From: Solirubrobacteraceae bacterium
Lineage (GTDB): Bacteria > Actinomycetota > Thermoleophilia > Solirubrobacterales > Solirubrobacteraceae
Assembly: GCA_036259975.1 (NCBI GenBank)
Contig: DATAAR010000058.1
Location: 1 to 62,218 of the forward strand
Direction of reading: 5' to 3'
Length of the DNA: 62,218 nucleotides
A program made the translations under genes and the position numbers. Every line of letters begins with the position of its first letter. Position 1 is the stretch's first letter. Positions 44,958 to 53,120 of the stretch are shown piece after piece. The notes under the pieces are model-generated. The model was given only the letters and a program-made list of their open reading frames with translations. It made no database searches and was not told the DNA's origin.

Positions 44958-46271
44958 TCAGCGCGCCGCGGGCGCGCTGCGCGCGTACAGCGCGGCGAGC
45001 AGCGCGCACAGCAGCGCTGTCGCGCCGGCGTAGCCGGCCTCGGCGCGCAGCAGCTCGTCGTCGATCACCGGCGCGAGCATCCAGGCGACGAAGCCCGCCG
45101 CCGCGACCAGCCATGCGCCCGCGGCGGCGCGGTCCCGGCCGCGCGCCAGTGCGGCCTGGTTCAGCGTTCCGGCGGCCAGGTGGAAGCCCATGCCGAGCGC
45201 GATGACCGCGAGGCCCCAGCGGTCGTAGTCGAAGGACGCGCCGAACACGAGGTCCATGACGAGCGGCCCGATGAGGAGCAGACCGACCGCGACCGCTCCG
45301 GCGAAGCCGGCGATCGCGAGCACGGTGACTCGGATCGCCCGGGCGAATGCGGCCCGGCCTTCGGTCGCCTCCAGCCCGCTCAGGTGCGGAAGCAGCGACG
45401 TCTGCACGCTCTGGAACAGCTGCAGCGGCGCGCGCGTGATCAGGAGCGCGTTGAAGACGACACCGGCGAGCGCGGTGCTCGCCGTCGCGCCGACCGTCAG
45501 GACGGCCGCGTTCAACAGCGCCTGCTCGGCGAGCTGGATCGCCGCCACGGACAGGGCGAAGCCGGCGCCCGCCCGGAGCGTCAGGTCCCCGGACGCCCGG
45601 GCGGCGTCGGCGCGGCCGGCCGCCGCGTGCCGGCGTAGCGCCCATGGCACGACCAGCAGCGAGGCGAGCGGCGCGGCCAGGATGCCGAGCGCGACCGCCG
45701 ACTGCCCGCTCGCCAGGCCGACCGCCACCGCGACCGGGAAGCAGAACCGCGACACCGACTCGAACAGCACGAGGCCGCCGTAGAGGCCGAACCACTGGTG
45801 GCCGGCGAGATACCCCCGGGCGAAGTAGCTCGCGGCGTACGCCAGGGTCGCCCCGACGAAGACCCAGTACAGCGTCGAGGCGCCGTCGAACGCGTCCTCG
45901 ATCGGGCCGCGAAGAAGCAGCGCGACGACGAGGAACGCAAGCGCGAAGCCTGCCTGCACCGTGAGCGGCACGCGGAGCGGGTGGCCGCCGCTCAGGCCCC
46001 GCGCGCGCCGGTCGGCAATCGTCCGGGAGAGCAGCTGCTCGACCGGCCGGTAGATGATCGAGATGACCACGAACAGCACCGACCACAGCAGCGAGATCGC
46101 CCCGTACGCCGCGCTCGGCAGGACGTGGCTGGCCACGGCGAAGTAGGCGAACGTGAACAGCCCGGTCGACGCGATGCCGACCGACAGGATGCGCGCCCCG
46201 CGCGCGTAGCCGTCCGAACCCGAAGCGGCCGGCGTGGTCGCGGCGGCCCCGGAGACGGCCGTGCTAGCCAC
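44958..46271 (-). CDS. polysaccharide/oligosaccharide flippase-like membrane protein (MOP/Wzx-type)
   Basis: 437 aa with about 12-14 hydrophobic segments and a layout typical of polysaccharide biosynthesis/export proteins. It sits in an operon with the methyltransferase and GT2 genes (8-nt overlap). Confidence 0.65.
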   Translation of the reverse strand: MASTAVSGAAATTPAASGSDGYARGARILSVGIASTGLFTFAYFAVASHVLPSAAYGAISLLWSVLFVVISIIYRPVEQLLSRTIADRRARGLSGGHPLRVPLTVQAGFALAFLVVALLLRGPIEDAFDGASTLYWVFVGATLAYAASYFARGYLAGHQWFGLYGGLVLFESVSRFCFPVAVAVGLASGQSAVALGILAAPLASLLVVPWALRRHAAAGRADAARASGDLTLRAGAGFALSVAAIQLAEQALLNAAVLTVGATASTALAGVVFNALLITRAPLQLFQSVQTSLLPHLSGLEATEGRAAFARAIRVTVLAIAGFAGAVAVGLLLIGPLVMDLVFGASFDYDRWGLAVIALGMGFHLAAGTLNQAALARGRDRAAAGAWLVAAAGFVAWMLAPVIDDELLRAEAGYAGATALLCALLAALYARSAPAAR

Positions 46272-46899
46272 CCAGCCGGACCAGCAGCATGGTCCAGGGG
46301 AACGGCGAGCGCGCTTCGACGACCTCTCCGTGCCGCGACAGCAGCGACACGAACGACCGCTTGGACCAGTGGTTCAGGTGACCGGGCGTGTTGCCGAGGT
46401 CGCGCAGATACGCGCCCCGCGCCATGTTCAGCGCCCGCCACAGCGGCTCGCGCGGCACCGACACCAGCAGCCACCGCGACGCGACGCGCGCCATCTCGGC
46501 CACGGTGTGCTCGGGATCCGGGACGTGCTCGAGCACCTCGATCGCCGTCGCGACATCGAACTCGTCGTCGGCGAACGGCAGATTCTCCGCCTTCATCACC
46601 CGGTACTCGAGGTTGGGCGCCGTGCGCTTCTCCCACTCCAAGTGCAGCGCCGGGTCGTCGAGGTCGATGCCGACCACGCGCTTGTCGCCGAGCCGCTTCG
46701 CCCACTTCTCGACCAGGACGCCCTCGCCGCAGCCGACGTCCAGCAGCGACTGGGGATCGGCCTGCACGAACAGCTCGTCGAGCGTCCGCTCGAACGTCGC
46801 CATCAGGCGCCGCACGACCGGGTTGGTCGAGCCGTACTTGTCGTACGTGTTGCCGGTGACCGTGCCCTCGCGGTCGACGGTGACGGACGGACTGCTCAT
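46264..46899 (-). CDS. class I SAM-dependent methyltransferase
   Basis: 211 aa: motif I LLDVGCGEGVL, VVGIDLD, and the post-I/II region FDVATAIEVLEHVPDP. ATGA overlap with the GT2 gene. Confidence 0.85.
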   Translation of the reverse strand: MSSPSVTVDREGTVTGNTYDKYGSTNPVVRRLMATFERTLDELFVQADPQSLLDVGCGEGVLVEKWAKRLGDKRVVGIDLDDPALHLEWEKRTAPNLEYRVMKAENLPFADDEFDVATAIEVLEHVPDPEHTVAEMARVASRWLLVSVPREPLWRALNMARGAYLRDLGNTPGHLNHWSKRSFVSLLSRHGEVVEARSPFPWTMLLVRLGG

Positions 46900-47966
46900 A
46901 CCTCCAGGGCCTCCCGGTCGTCGGTCTTCTGGGCGCCGTCGCGGGCCTGGGCGCCGGCGTGCGCGCCGGTCGTGGCCGGCTGGCCGGTCGGCTGCGCGCC
47001 GGGCTCGTAGTGCGACGGCGGCACGTCGAGCTGCAGCTCGATGCGCCGCACGCGCTCGAAGATGCGCTGGACCATGATGCGCTGGCCGTACATGAGGTCG
47101 CCGATGATCCCGAGCGCGGCGAGCACGACGGCGGCGTTGAACAGCACCGCGCCGAAGATCAGCGACTGCACGTGGCCGGCGCCGTCGCCGCCGAGATAGG
47201 CGACGAGGAAGCGGACCCACGGGATCAGCGCGGCCAAGGCCAGCAGCGCCGCGAGCGTCATGAAGACCTTGAGCGGCTCGTACTGCGCGTAGATCCGCGC
47301 GATCGACACCGCGTTGCGGCGGACGTACGACGAGACCGACGGGAAGAGGCGCGACTCGCGCGTCTTCGGGTTGGTCGCGATCGGCACGTGGTCGGTGGCG
47401 ATCAGCAGCTTGCCCGCCTGGATGATCGTCTCGAGCGTGTACGTGTACTTCGACACGACGGCGACCTGGATCGCGGCCTCGCGGTTGTAGGCGCGAAAGC
47501 CCGAGGTCGTGTCGGGCACGGTCGTGTCCGACGCCTGCCGCACGACCCACGAGCCCGCCTTCTGCAGGCGCTTCTTGAGCGGCGAGAAGTGCTCGATCGT
47601 GTCGGTCTCGCGGTCGCCGACGACGAGGTCGGCGCGGCCCTCGACGATCGGCGCGACGAGCTTCGGGATGTCGGCGGCCGAGTACTGGTTGTCGGCGTCG
47701 GTGTTGACGATCACGTCGGCGCCGAGCTTCAGGCACGCGTCGAGCCCGGCCTGGAAGCCGGCCGCGAGGCCCTTGTTGTTCGTCAGCCGGACGATGTGGT
47801 CGACGCCGTGCTCGCGCGCGACCTCGATGGTGCGGTCGGTCGAGCCGTCGTCGATGACGAGCCACTCGACGACGTCGACGCCGGGGACCTCTCGGGGAAG
47901 GTCGGCCAGCGTCGCCGGCAGCGTCTCTTCCTCGTTGAGGCAGGGGATCTGGATGATGAGCTTCAT
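46896..47966 (-). CDS. family 2 glycosyltransferase with C-terminal TM helices (polyprenyl-phosphate sugar synthase, GtrB/DPM1-like)
   Basis: 356 aa: KLIIQIPCLNEEETL...VIDDGSTDRT...NKGLAAG...NTDADNQY...TSGFRAYNRE, followed by two hydrophobic helices. Confidence 0.85.
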   Translation of the reverse strand: MKLIIQIPCLNEEETLPATLADLPREVPGVDVVEWLVIDDGSTDRTIEVAREHGVDHIVRLTNNKGLAAGFQAGLDACLKLGADVIVNTDADNQYSAADIPKLVAPIVEGRADLVVGDRETDTIEHFSPLKKRLQKAGSWVVRQASDTTVPDTTSGFRAYNREAAIQVAVVSKYTYTLETIIQAGKLLIATDHVPIATNPKTRESRLFPSVSSYVRRNAVSIARIYAQYEPLKVFMTLAALLALAALIPWVRFLVAYLGGDGAGHVQSLIFGAVLFNAAVVLAALGIIGDLMYGQRIMVQRIFERVRRIELQLDVPPSHYEPGAQPTGQPATTGAHAGAQARDGAQKTDDREALEV

Positions 47967-48081
47967 CGGATTCGGGGCAGGGGCCGGGCCCGGGCGGACG
48001 TCCGCCCAGGGACAGGGTACGGCGTGCGCAGGCGGACCCTGTCGTGTGACCGACGTACACTGGCAAGCTCCGCCCGTTTCC

Positions 48082-49572
48082 ATGGCCAGCGCGACGCTCA
48101 CCCGGCCGCGACCGGGCCACGAAGAGGCCCCCGTGCGCCGTCGCCGGGCGGTCCCGTGGCCGGCCCTCGCCCTCGCCGGGCTCATCCTCTGCACCCTGGT
48201 CGGGTTCGTCGTCTACCCGACCTTCCCGAACTACGACTCGTACTACTCGCTGCTGTGGGGGCGGGAGGTCCTGCACGGGACCCTGCCGAGCTTCGACGCC
48301 TATCGCGCGCCGACCGAGCATCCGCTCGCGATCGGGTTCGGCGCGCTCCTCGCGCTCGCGGGCGACGACGCCGATCGCATGATGGTCGCCGCCACGCTCG
48401 CGTCGTTCGTCGTGCTCGCCGCCGGCCTGTACCGCCTCACCCGAGCGTCGTTCACGACGTTCACGGGGCTGCTTGCCGCCGGGCTGCTGTGCACGCGCTT
48501 CGACTTCCCGTTCCTCGCCGCGCGCGCGTACATCGACATCCCGTACCTCGCGTTCGTCGTGTGGGCCGCCGCGCTCGAGTCCGAGCGCCGGCGCCGCGGG
48601 ACGCCCGTCTTCATGCTCCTCGCCGGCGCCGGCCTCCTGCGCCCCGAGGCGTGGCTGCTGAGCGGCCTGTACTTCCTGTGGTGCTTCCCGCCCGCGAGCT
48701 GGCCCCGGCGCGTGCGCTACGCGCTGTTCACGGCGATCGGCCCCGTGGTCTGGACGCTCGTCGACTTCATCGCCACGGGCGACCCGCTGTTCTCGCTCAC
48801 GCACACGAGCGGCCTGGCCGAGGAGCTCGGCCGCCAGCGCGGCCTGTCCGAGATCCCGACCGCGACCGTCGAGTTCCTGAAGAACCTCGACAAGGTGCCG
48901 GTGTTCTACGCGGGCGTGCTCGGCGTTCTCCTCGGCGTCGTGCTCGTGCCGCGCCGGATCGGGATGCCCGTGGCGATGTTCGTCATCGGCATGGGCACCT
49001 TCGTGCTCGTCGGCCTCGCCGGGCTGTCGGTGATCGACCGCTACCTGCTCGTCCCCTCGTTGATGGTCATGGTCTTCGCGGCGGTCACGCTCGGCGGCTG
49101 GACGATGCTCCGGGCCGGGTCGAAGGTCCGAACGGCGTGGGCGGTCGGCGCGTCGCTCGTCGTCGCCTACGGCGTGTTCTTCACCGCGACGAAGGTCAAC
49201 TTCCACACGTTCGACCTCGAGCTGACGTTCCGCGGCGACTCGCACGCCGCGCTCGAGAAGCTGCTGCGCGACCCGAAGGTCCGCGCCGGCCGCGAGTGCG
49301 GGCCGGTGTCGGTGCCGAACCACAAGCTCGTCCCCGACACCCGCTGGATCCTGAACGCGGGCGAGGACGAGGTCGTCGCGCGCAGCGACCCGGAGGCGAA
49401 GGCGCGCCTCGGCCGCGGCGTCGCGATCTACGCCACGAGCCGCCAGTCGCTGTTGCGCCAGGGCTTCACGCCCGACGTCTCGGACGTCGAGGACATCCGC
49501 AACTCGCTGCCGCTGCCCGGCTACACGTGGGTGGCGGCCACCGGGCACTACGGGGCCTATGTCCGTTGCTGA
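48082..49572 (+). CDS. polytopic membrane protein, probable GT-C-type glycosyltransferase
   Basis: 496 aa with about 10 TM segments in the first 370 aa. The first loop is acidic/aromatic (PNYDSYYSLLWG). A soluble C-terminal domain follows. It is divergent from the GT2 operon and overlaps the next GT-C gene by 14 nt. Confidence 0.55.
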   Translation: MASATLTRPRPGHEEAPVRRRRAVPWPALALAGLILCTLVGFVVYPTFPNYDSYYSLLWGREVLHGTLPSFDAYRAPTEHPLAIGFGALLALAGDDADRMMVAATLASFVVLAAGLYRLTRASFTTFTGLLAAGLLCTRFDFPFLAARAYIDIPYLAFVVWAAALESERRRRGTPVFMLLAGAGLLRPEAWLLSGLYFLWCFPPASWPRRVRYALFTAIGPVVWTLVDFIATGDPLFSLTHTSGLAEELGRQRGLSEIPTATVEFLKNLDKVPVFYAGVLGVLLGVVLVPRRIGMPVAMFVIGMGTFVLVGLAGLSVIDRYLLVPSLMVMVFAAVTLGGWTMLRAGSKVRTAWAVGASLVVAYGVFFTATKVNFHTFDLELTFRGDSHAALEKLLRDPKVRAGRECGPVSVPNHKLVPDTRWILNAGEDEVVARSDPEAKARLGRGVAIYATSRQSLLRQGFTPDVSDVEDIRNSLPLPGYTWVAATGHYGAYVRC

Positions 49573-51373
49573 GACGGCCGCGGGCGGGCCGCCCGGCGCA
49601 CGGCGGGACGCGGCGCCGGGAGACGACCCCGAGGCGCCGCCGCGCCTCGGCGCGCCGCGCCGGCCGTTCTGGCTCGGCCTGGCCGTGGTGCTCGCCGCGG
49701 CGCTCGCGCTGCGGCTGTGGGGCATCGGGCACGGGCTGCCGTACGCCTACAACGCCGACGAGAACGCCCACTTCGTGCCCGGCGCGATCGGCCTCTTCGG
49801 GCACGGCTACAACCCGCACTACTTCGTCAACCCGCCCGCGTACACGTACCTGCTGCACGCCGTGTTCGCGGCGTGGTTCGGCGGGCGCGAGGGGGTCTCG
49901 AGCGCGTACGCGACCCACCCGACCGAGGTGTTCGTCGTCGCGCGCGTCACCGCCGCCGTGGTCGGCACGCTCGCCGTCTGGCTGCTCTACTGCGCGGGCG
50001 CGAAGCTCGCCGGGCGCCGGGTCGGCCTGCTCGCCGCCGCGCTGCTCGCGCTCGGGTTCCTGCCGGTCTTCTACTCGCATCTCGCGCTCAACGACGTCCC
50101 GACCCTCGCGCCGATCGCGCTGTCGCTGTGGGGCACGGCGGGCGTGCTGCACGACGGGCGCCTGCGCTGGTACGCGCTGGCGGGAGTGGGCCTCGGGCTC
50201 GCGTGCGCGACGAAGTACACCGGCGGCATCGTGCTCGCGCCGCTGCTCGCCGCCGCGGCGCTGCAGTTCGCGCGCCCCCAGGCCGGCGCCCGCCCCGCGA
50301 CCGCGCTCGGCGGGCTCGCGCTCGCGGGCGTCCTCTCGCTCGGCGCGTTCGTCGCCGCCAACCCGTTCGCCGTCCTCGACTTCCAGGCGTTCCGCGACGG
50401 CCTGAGCCACCAGCAGTCGGCGGCCGAGGACGAGCTCGGCAAGCTCGGGCTCACCCAGGAGTCCGGCCACCTCTACTACGTGTGGACGTTCACGTGGGGC
50501 CTCGGCTACGTGCCGTTCGGGGCCGCCGTCCTGGGCGCGCTCGGGATGCTCCTGCGCGACCGCCGCCTCGCGCTCGTGCTCATCCCGGCGCCGCTTCTGT
50601 ACGTGCTGTTCATGGGAGCGCAGGAGCGCTTCTTCGGGCGCTGGCTGCTGCCCGCGTTCCCGATCGTGTGCCTCATCGCCGCCTGGGCGATCGTGCGCGC
50701 CGCCGAGCTCGCCGGGCGCCGGGCGCCCGCCCTGCGGCCCGCGCTCCACGCGCTCGGCGCCGTGCTGCTGCTCGGCCAGGGCTTCGTGTACTCGCTGCAC
50801 GACGGGCTCGTGCTCTCGAAGCCCGACACGCGCAACCTCGCGCGCGCGTGGATGGTCGCCAACGTCCCGCCCGAGACCAAGATCGTCGTAGAGCCGGTCG
50901 TGCCCGACGCGTGGGCCAGCGACATCGGCCGCCCGTATCCGGGAACGTCGAACGGCGCGCGCTGGATCAAGTTCCCGACGAGCCGCTCGAACATCGCCAA
51001 CGACGGCTCGGTGGTGCCGGGGGAGGGGCGGATCGTCAACATCGAGGACTTCGAGCGCACCCTCGTGCCGGCGCTCGTCGAGCGTTACGAGCGCGAGGGG
51101 TGGTGCTACGTGGTCAGCGGGTCGACCCAGCGCGGGCGGGCCGAGGCGGACCCCGCGGAGGTGCCGCGCGCGCTGGCCTACTACCGCGAGCTCGAGCGCC
51201 GCAGCGACCTCGTCTTCCGCGCCTCGCCCTACCTTCCCGGCGCCGCCCCGGTCGAGTTCAACTTCGACTGGTCGTTCGACTACTACCCGCTCTCGTACGC
51301 GCGCCCCGGGCCCGACATGCGGATCTACCGGCTCAAGGGCGGGGTTTGCAGCGGGAAGCCCTCCGGCGCCTAG
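49559..51373 (+). CDS. family 39-like (ArnT/PMT-type) phospholipid-carrier-dependent glycosyltransferase
   Basis: 604 aa: RLWGIGHGLPYAYNADENAHFVPGA...NPPAYTYLL, multiple TM segments, and a C-terminal extracytoplasmic domain. Confidence 0.7.
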   Translation: MSVAETAAGGPPGARRDAAPGDDPEAPPRLGAPRRPFWLGLAVVLAAALALRLWGIGHGLPYAYNADENAHFVPGAIGLFGHGYNPHYFVNPPAYTYLLHAVFAAWFGGREGVSSAYATHPTEVFVVARVTAAVVGTLAVWLLYCAGAKLAGRRVGLLAAALLALGFLPVFYSHLALNDVPTLAPIALSLWGTAGVLHDGRLRWYALAGVGLGLACATKYTGGIVLAPLLAAAALQFARPQAGARPATALGGLALAGVLSLGAFVAANPFAVLDFQAFRDGLSHQQSAAEDELGKLGLTQESGHLYYVWTFTWGLGYVPFGAAVLGALGMLLRDRRLALVLIPAPLLYVLFMGAQERFFGRWLLPAFPIVCLIAAWAIVRAAELAGRRAPALRPALHALGAVLLLGQGFVYSLHDGLVLSKPDTRNLARAWMVANVPPETKIVVEPVVPDAWASDIGRPYPGTSNGARWIKFPTSRSNIANDGSVVPGEGRIVNIEDFERTLVPALVERYEREGWCYVVSGSTQRGRAEADPAEVPRALAYYRELERRSDLVFRASPYLPGAAPVEFNFDWSFDYYPLSYARPGPDMRIYRLKGGVCSGKPSGA

Positions 51374-51383
51374 ACTCTCGTCC

Positions 51384-52508
51384 GTGCAGCGCACGGAGAC
51401 CGACCACGACCACCTCGCGCGAGCGATCGAGCTCGCCGAGCGGGGAGTCGGCCGCGTGAGCCCCAACCCCGTGGTCGGGGCGGTGATCGTCCGCGACGGC
51501 GAGGTCCTGGGGGAGGGCTGGCACGAGGAGTTCGGCGGCCCGCACGCCGAGGTCAACGCGATCCGCGCCTGCGCCGGCGCGGACCTCAACGGCGCCACGC
51601 TGTACGTCTCGCTCGAGCCCTGCTGCCACCACGGGCGCCAGCCGCCGTGCACCGACGCGATCGTCGCCGCCGGGCTCCGGCGCGTCGTCGTGGCCGGCGA
51701 CGATCCGAGCTCGAAGGCGGCCGGCCGGGGCCTCGGCATCCTCCGCGACGAGGGCATCGACGTCGACGTCGCGGGCGGCGAGCTCGCCACGCGCGCGCGC
51801 CTCCAGAACCAGGCCTTTCGCAAGCACGCGCGCACCCGCCGGCCGCTGGTCGTCTTCAAGTCGGCGATGAGCCTCGACGGCAAGGTCGCCACCCACGGCG
51901 GCGACTCGAAGTGGATCTCGAGCGAGGGCAGCCGCGCCGTCTCGCACCGCTGGCGGGCCTCGATGGACGCGGTCGCCGTCGGCATCGGCACGGCGCTGGC
52001 GGACGACCCACAGCTCACCGCGCGGATCGACGGCGTGCACCACCAGCCGCGCCGCGTCGTGTTCGACTCCACCGCGCGCCTGCCGCTCGACTCCAAGCTC
52101 GTCGCCGAGGCGCCCGACGTGCCCCTGATCGTCGTCGTCTCGCGCGCCGCGCCGCGCGGCTCGACCGACGCGCTCGAGACCGCCGGCGCCCACGTCATCG
52201 TCGCCACCGGCCAGAACGAGCCCGCCCGGATCGGCTCGGCGCTCGACCAGCTCGGCGCGCTCGACCCGCCGGTGACAAGCATCCTGCTCGAGGGCGGCCC
52301 GCACGTGGCCGGATCGTTCATGGACGCCGGCGAGATCGACGAGGTGCGGCTGTTCGTCGCCCCGCTCGTGCTCGGCGGGCGCACCGCGCGCGACCCGATG
52401 GAGGGCGAGGGCGTCGAGCGCGTCGCCGACGCCATCCGGGCCCTCACGCTGAAGTGCGAGCAGGTCGCCGGCGACGTCCTGATCACCGCGCGCCTGAAGG
52501 AATGGTGA
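51384..52508 (+). CDS. ribD: bifunctional diaminohydroxyphosphoribosylaminopyrimidine deaminase / 5-amino-6-(5-phosphoribosylamino)uracil reductase
   Basis: 374 aa: SPNPVVGAVIV, the deaminase zinc motifs HAEVNA and LEPCCHHGRQPPC, and the reductase region KSAMSLDGKVA...LLEGGP. Confidence 0.9.
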   Translation: MQRTETDHDHLARAIELAERGVGRVSPNPVVGAVIVRDGEVLGEGWHEEFGGPHAEVNAIRACAGADLNGATLYVSLEPCCHHGRQPPCTDAIVAAGLRRVVVAGDDPSSKAAGRGLGILRDEGIDVDVAGGELATRARLQNQAFRKHARTRRPLVVFKSAMSLDGKVATHGGDSKWISSEGSRAVSHRWRASMDAVAVGIGTALADDPQLTARIDGVHHQPRRVVFDSTARLPLDSKLVAEAPDVPLIVVVSRAAPRGSTDALETAGAHVIVATGQNEPARIGSALDQLGALDPPVTSILLEGGPHVAGSFMDAGEIDEVRLFVAPLVLGGRTARDPMEGEGVERVADAIRALTLKCEQVAGDVLITARLKEW

Positions 52509-52511
52509 GCC

Positions 52512-53120
52512 GTGTTCACCGGGCTCGTCGCCGACCTCGGGACCGTGGCCTCCGTGGACGCGACATCCGATGGCGTGCGGCTGCGGGTCCGCACCGCGCT
52601 GGCGGCGGAGCTGTCCGACGGTGACTCCGTCGCCGTCAACGGCGTCTGCCTGACCGCGGTCGACCCGGACGCCCAGAGCTTCGGCGCCGACGTCATGCAT
52701 GAGACGCTGCGCCGCTCGTCGCTGGCCGGCGTCAGCCCGGGCACGCGCGTGAACCTCGAACTGCCGCTGCGCGCCGGCGCGCGCCTCGGCGGCCACGTCG
52801 TCCAGGGCCATGTCGACGGCGTCGGCGCGGTGCGCGACGTGCGCGCGGACGGCTTCGCGCGGATCGTGAGCATCGAGGCCGACGCGGCGCTGCTGCGCTA
52901 TGTCGTCGAGAAGGGCTCGATCGCGGTCGACGGCGTGTCGCTGACGGTCGCGGCCATCGACGACTCCGGATTCGACGTGTCGCTGATCCCCGAGACCCTC
53001 GAGCGCACCAACCTGGGCGCCGCCGCGCCGGGCGCGGCGGTCAACCTCGAGGTCGACATACTCGCCAAGTACGTCGAGAAGCTGCTGTCGCCCCAGGCCA
53101 CCGGAGCCGCCCGCCCATGA
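52512..53120 (+). CDS. ribE: riboflavin synthase
   Basis: 202 aa: MFTGLV...GDSVAVNGVCLT, plus the second repeat GSIAVDGVSLTV. Confidence 0.9.
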   Translation: MFTGLVADLGTVASVDATSDGVRLRVRTALAAELSDGDSVAVNGVCLTAVDPDAQSFGADVMHETLRRSSLAGVSPGTRVNLELPLRAGARLGGHVVQGHVDGVGAVRDVRADGFARIVSIEADAALLRYVVEKGSIAVDGVSLTVAAIDDSGFDVSLIPETLERTNLGAAAPGAAVNLEVDILAKYVEKLLSPQATGAARP

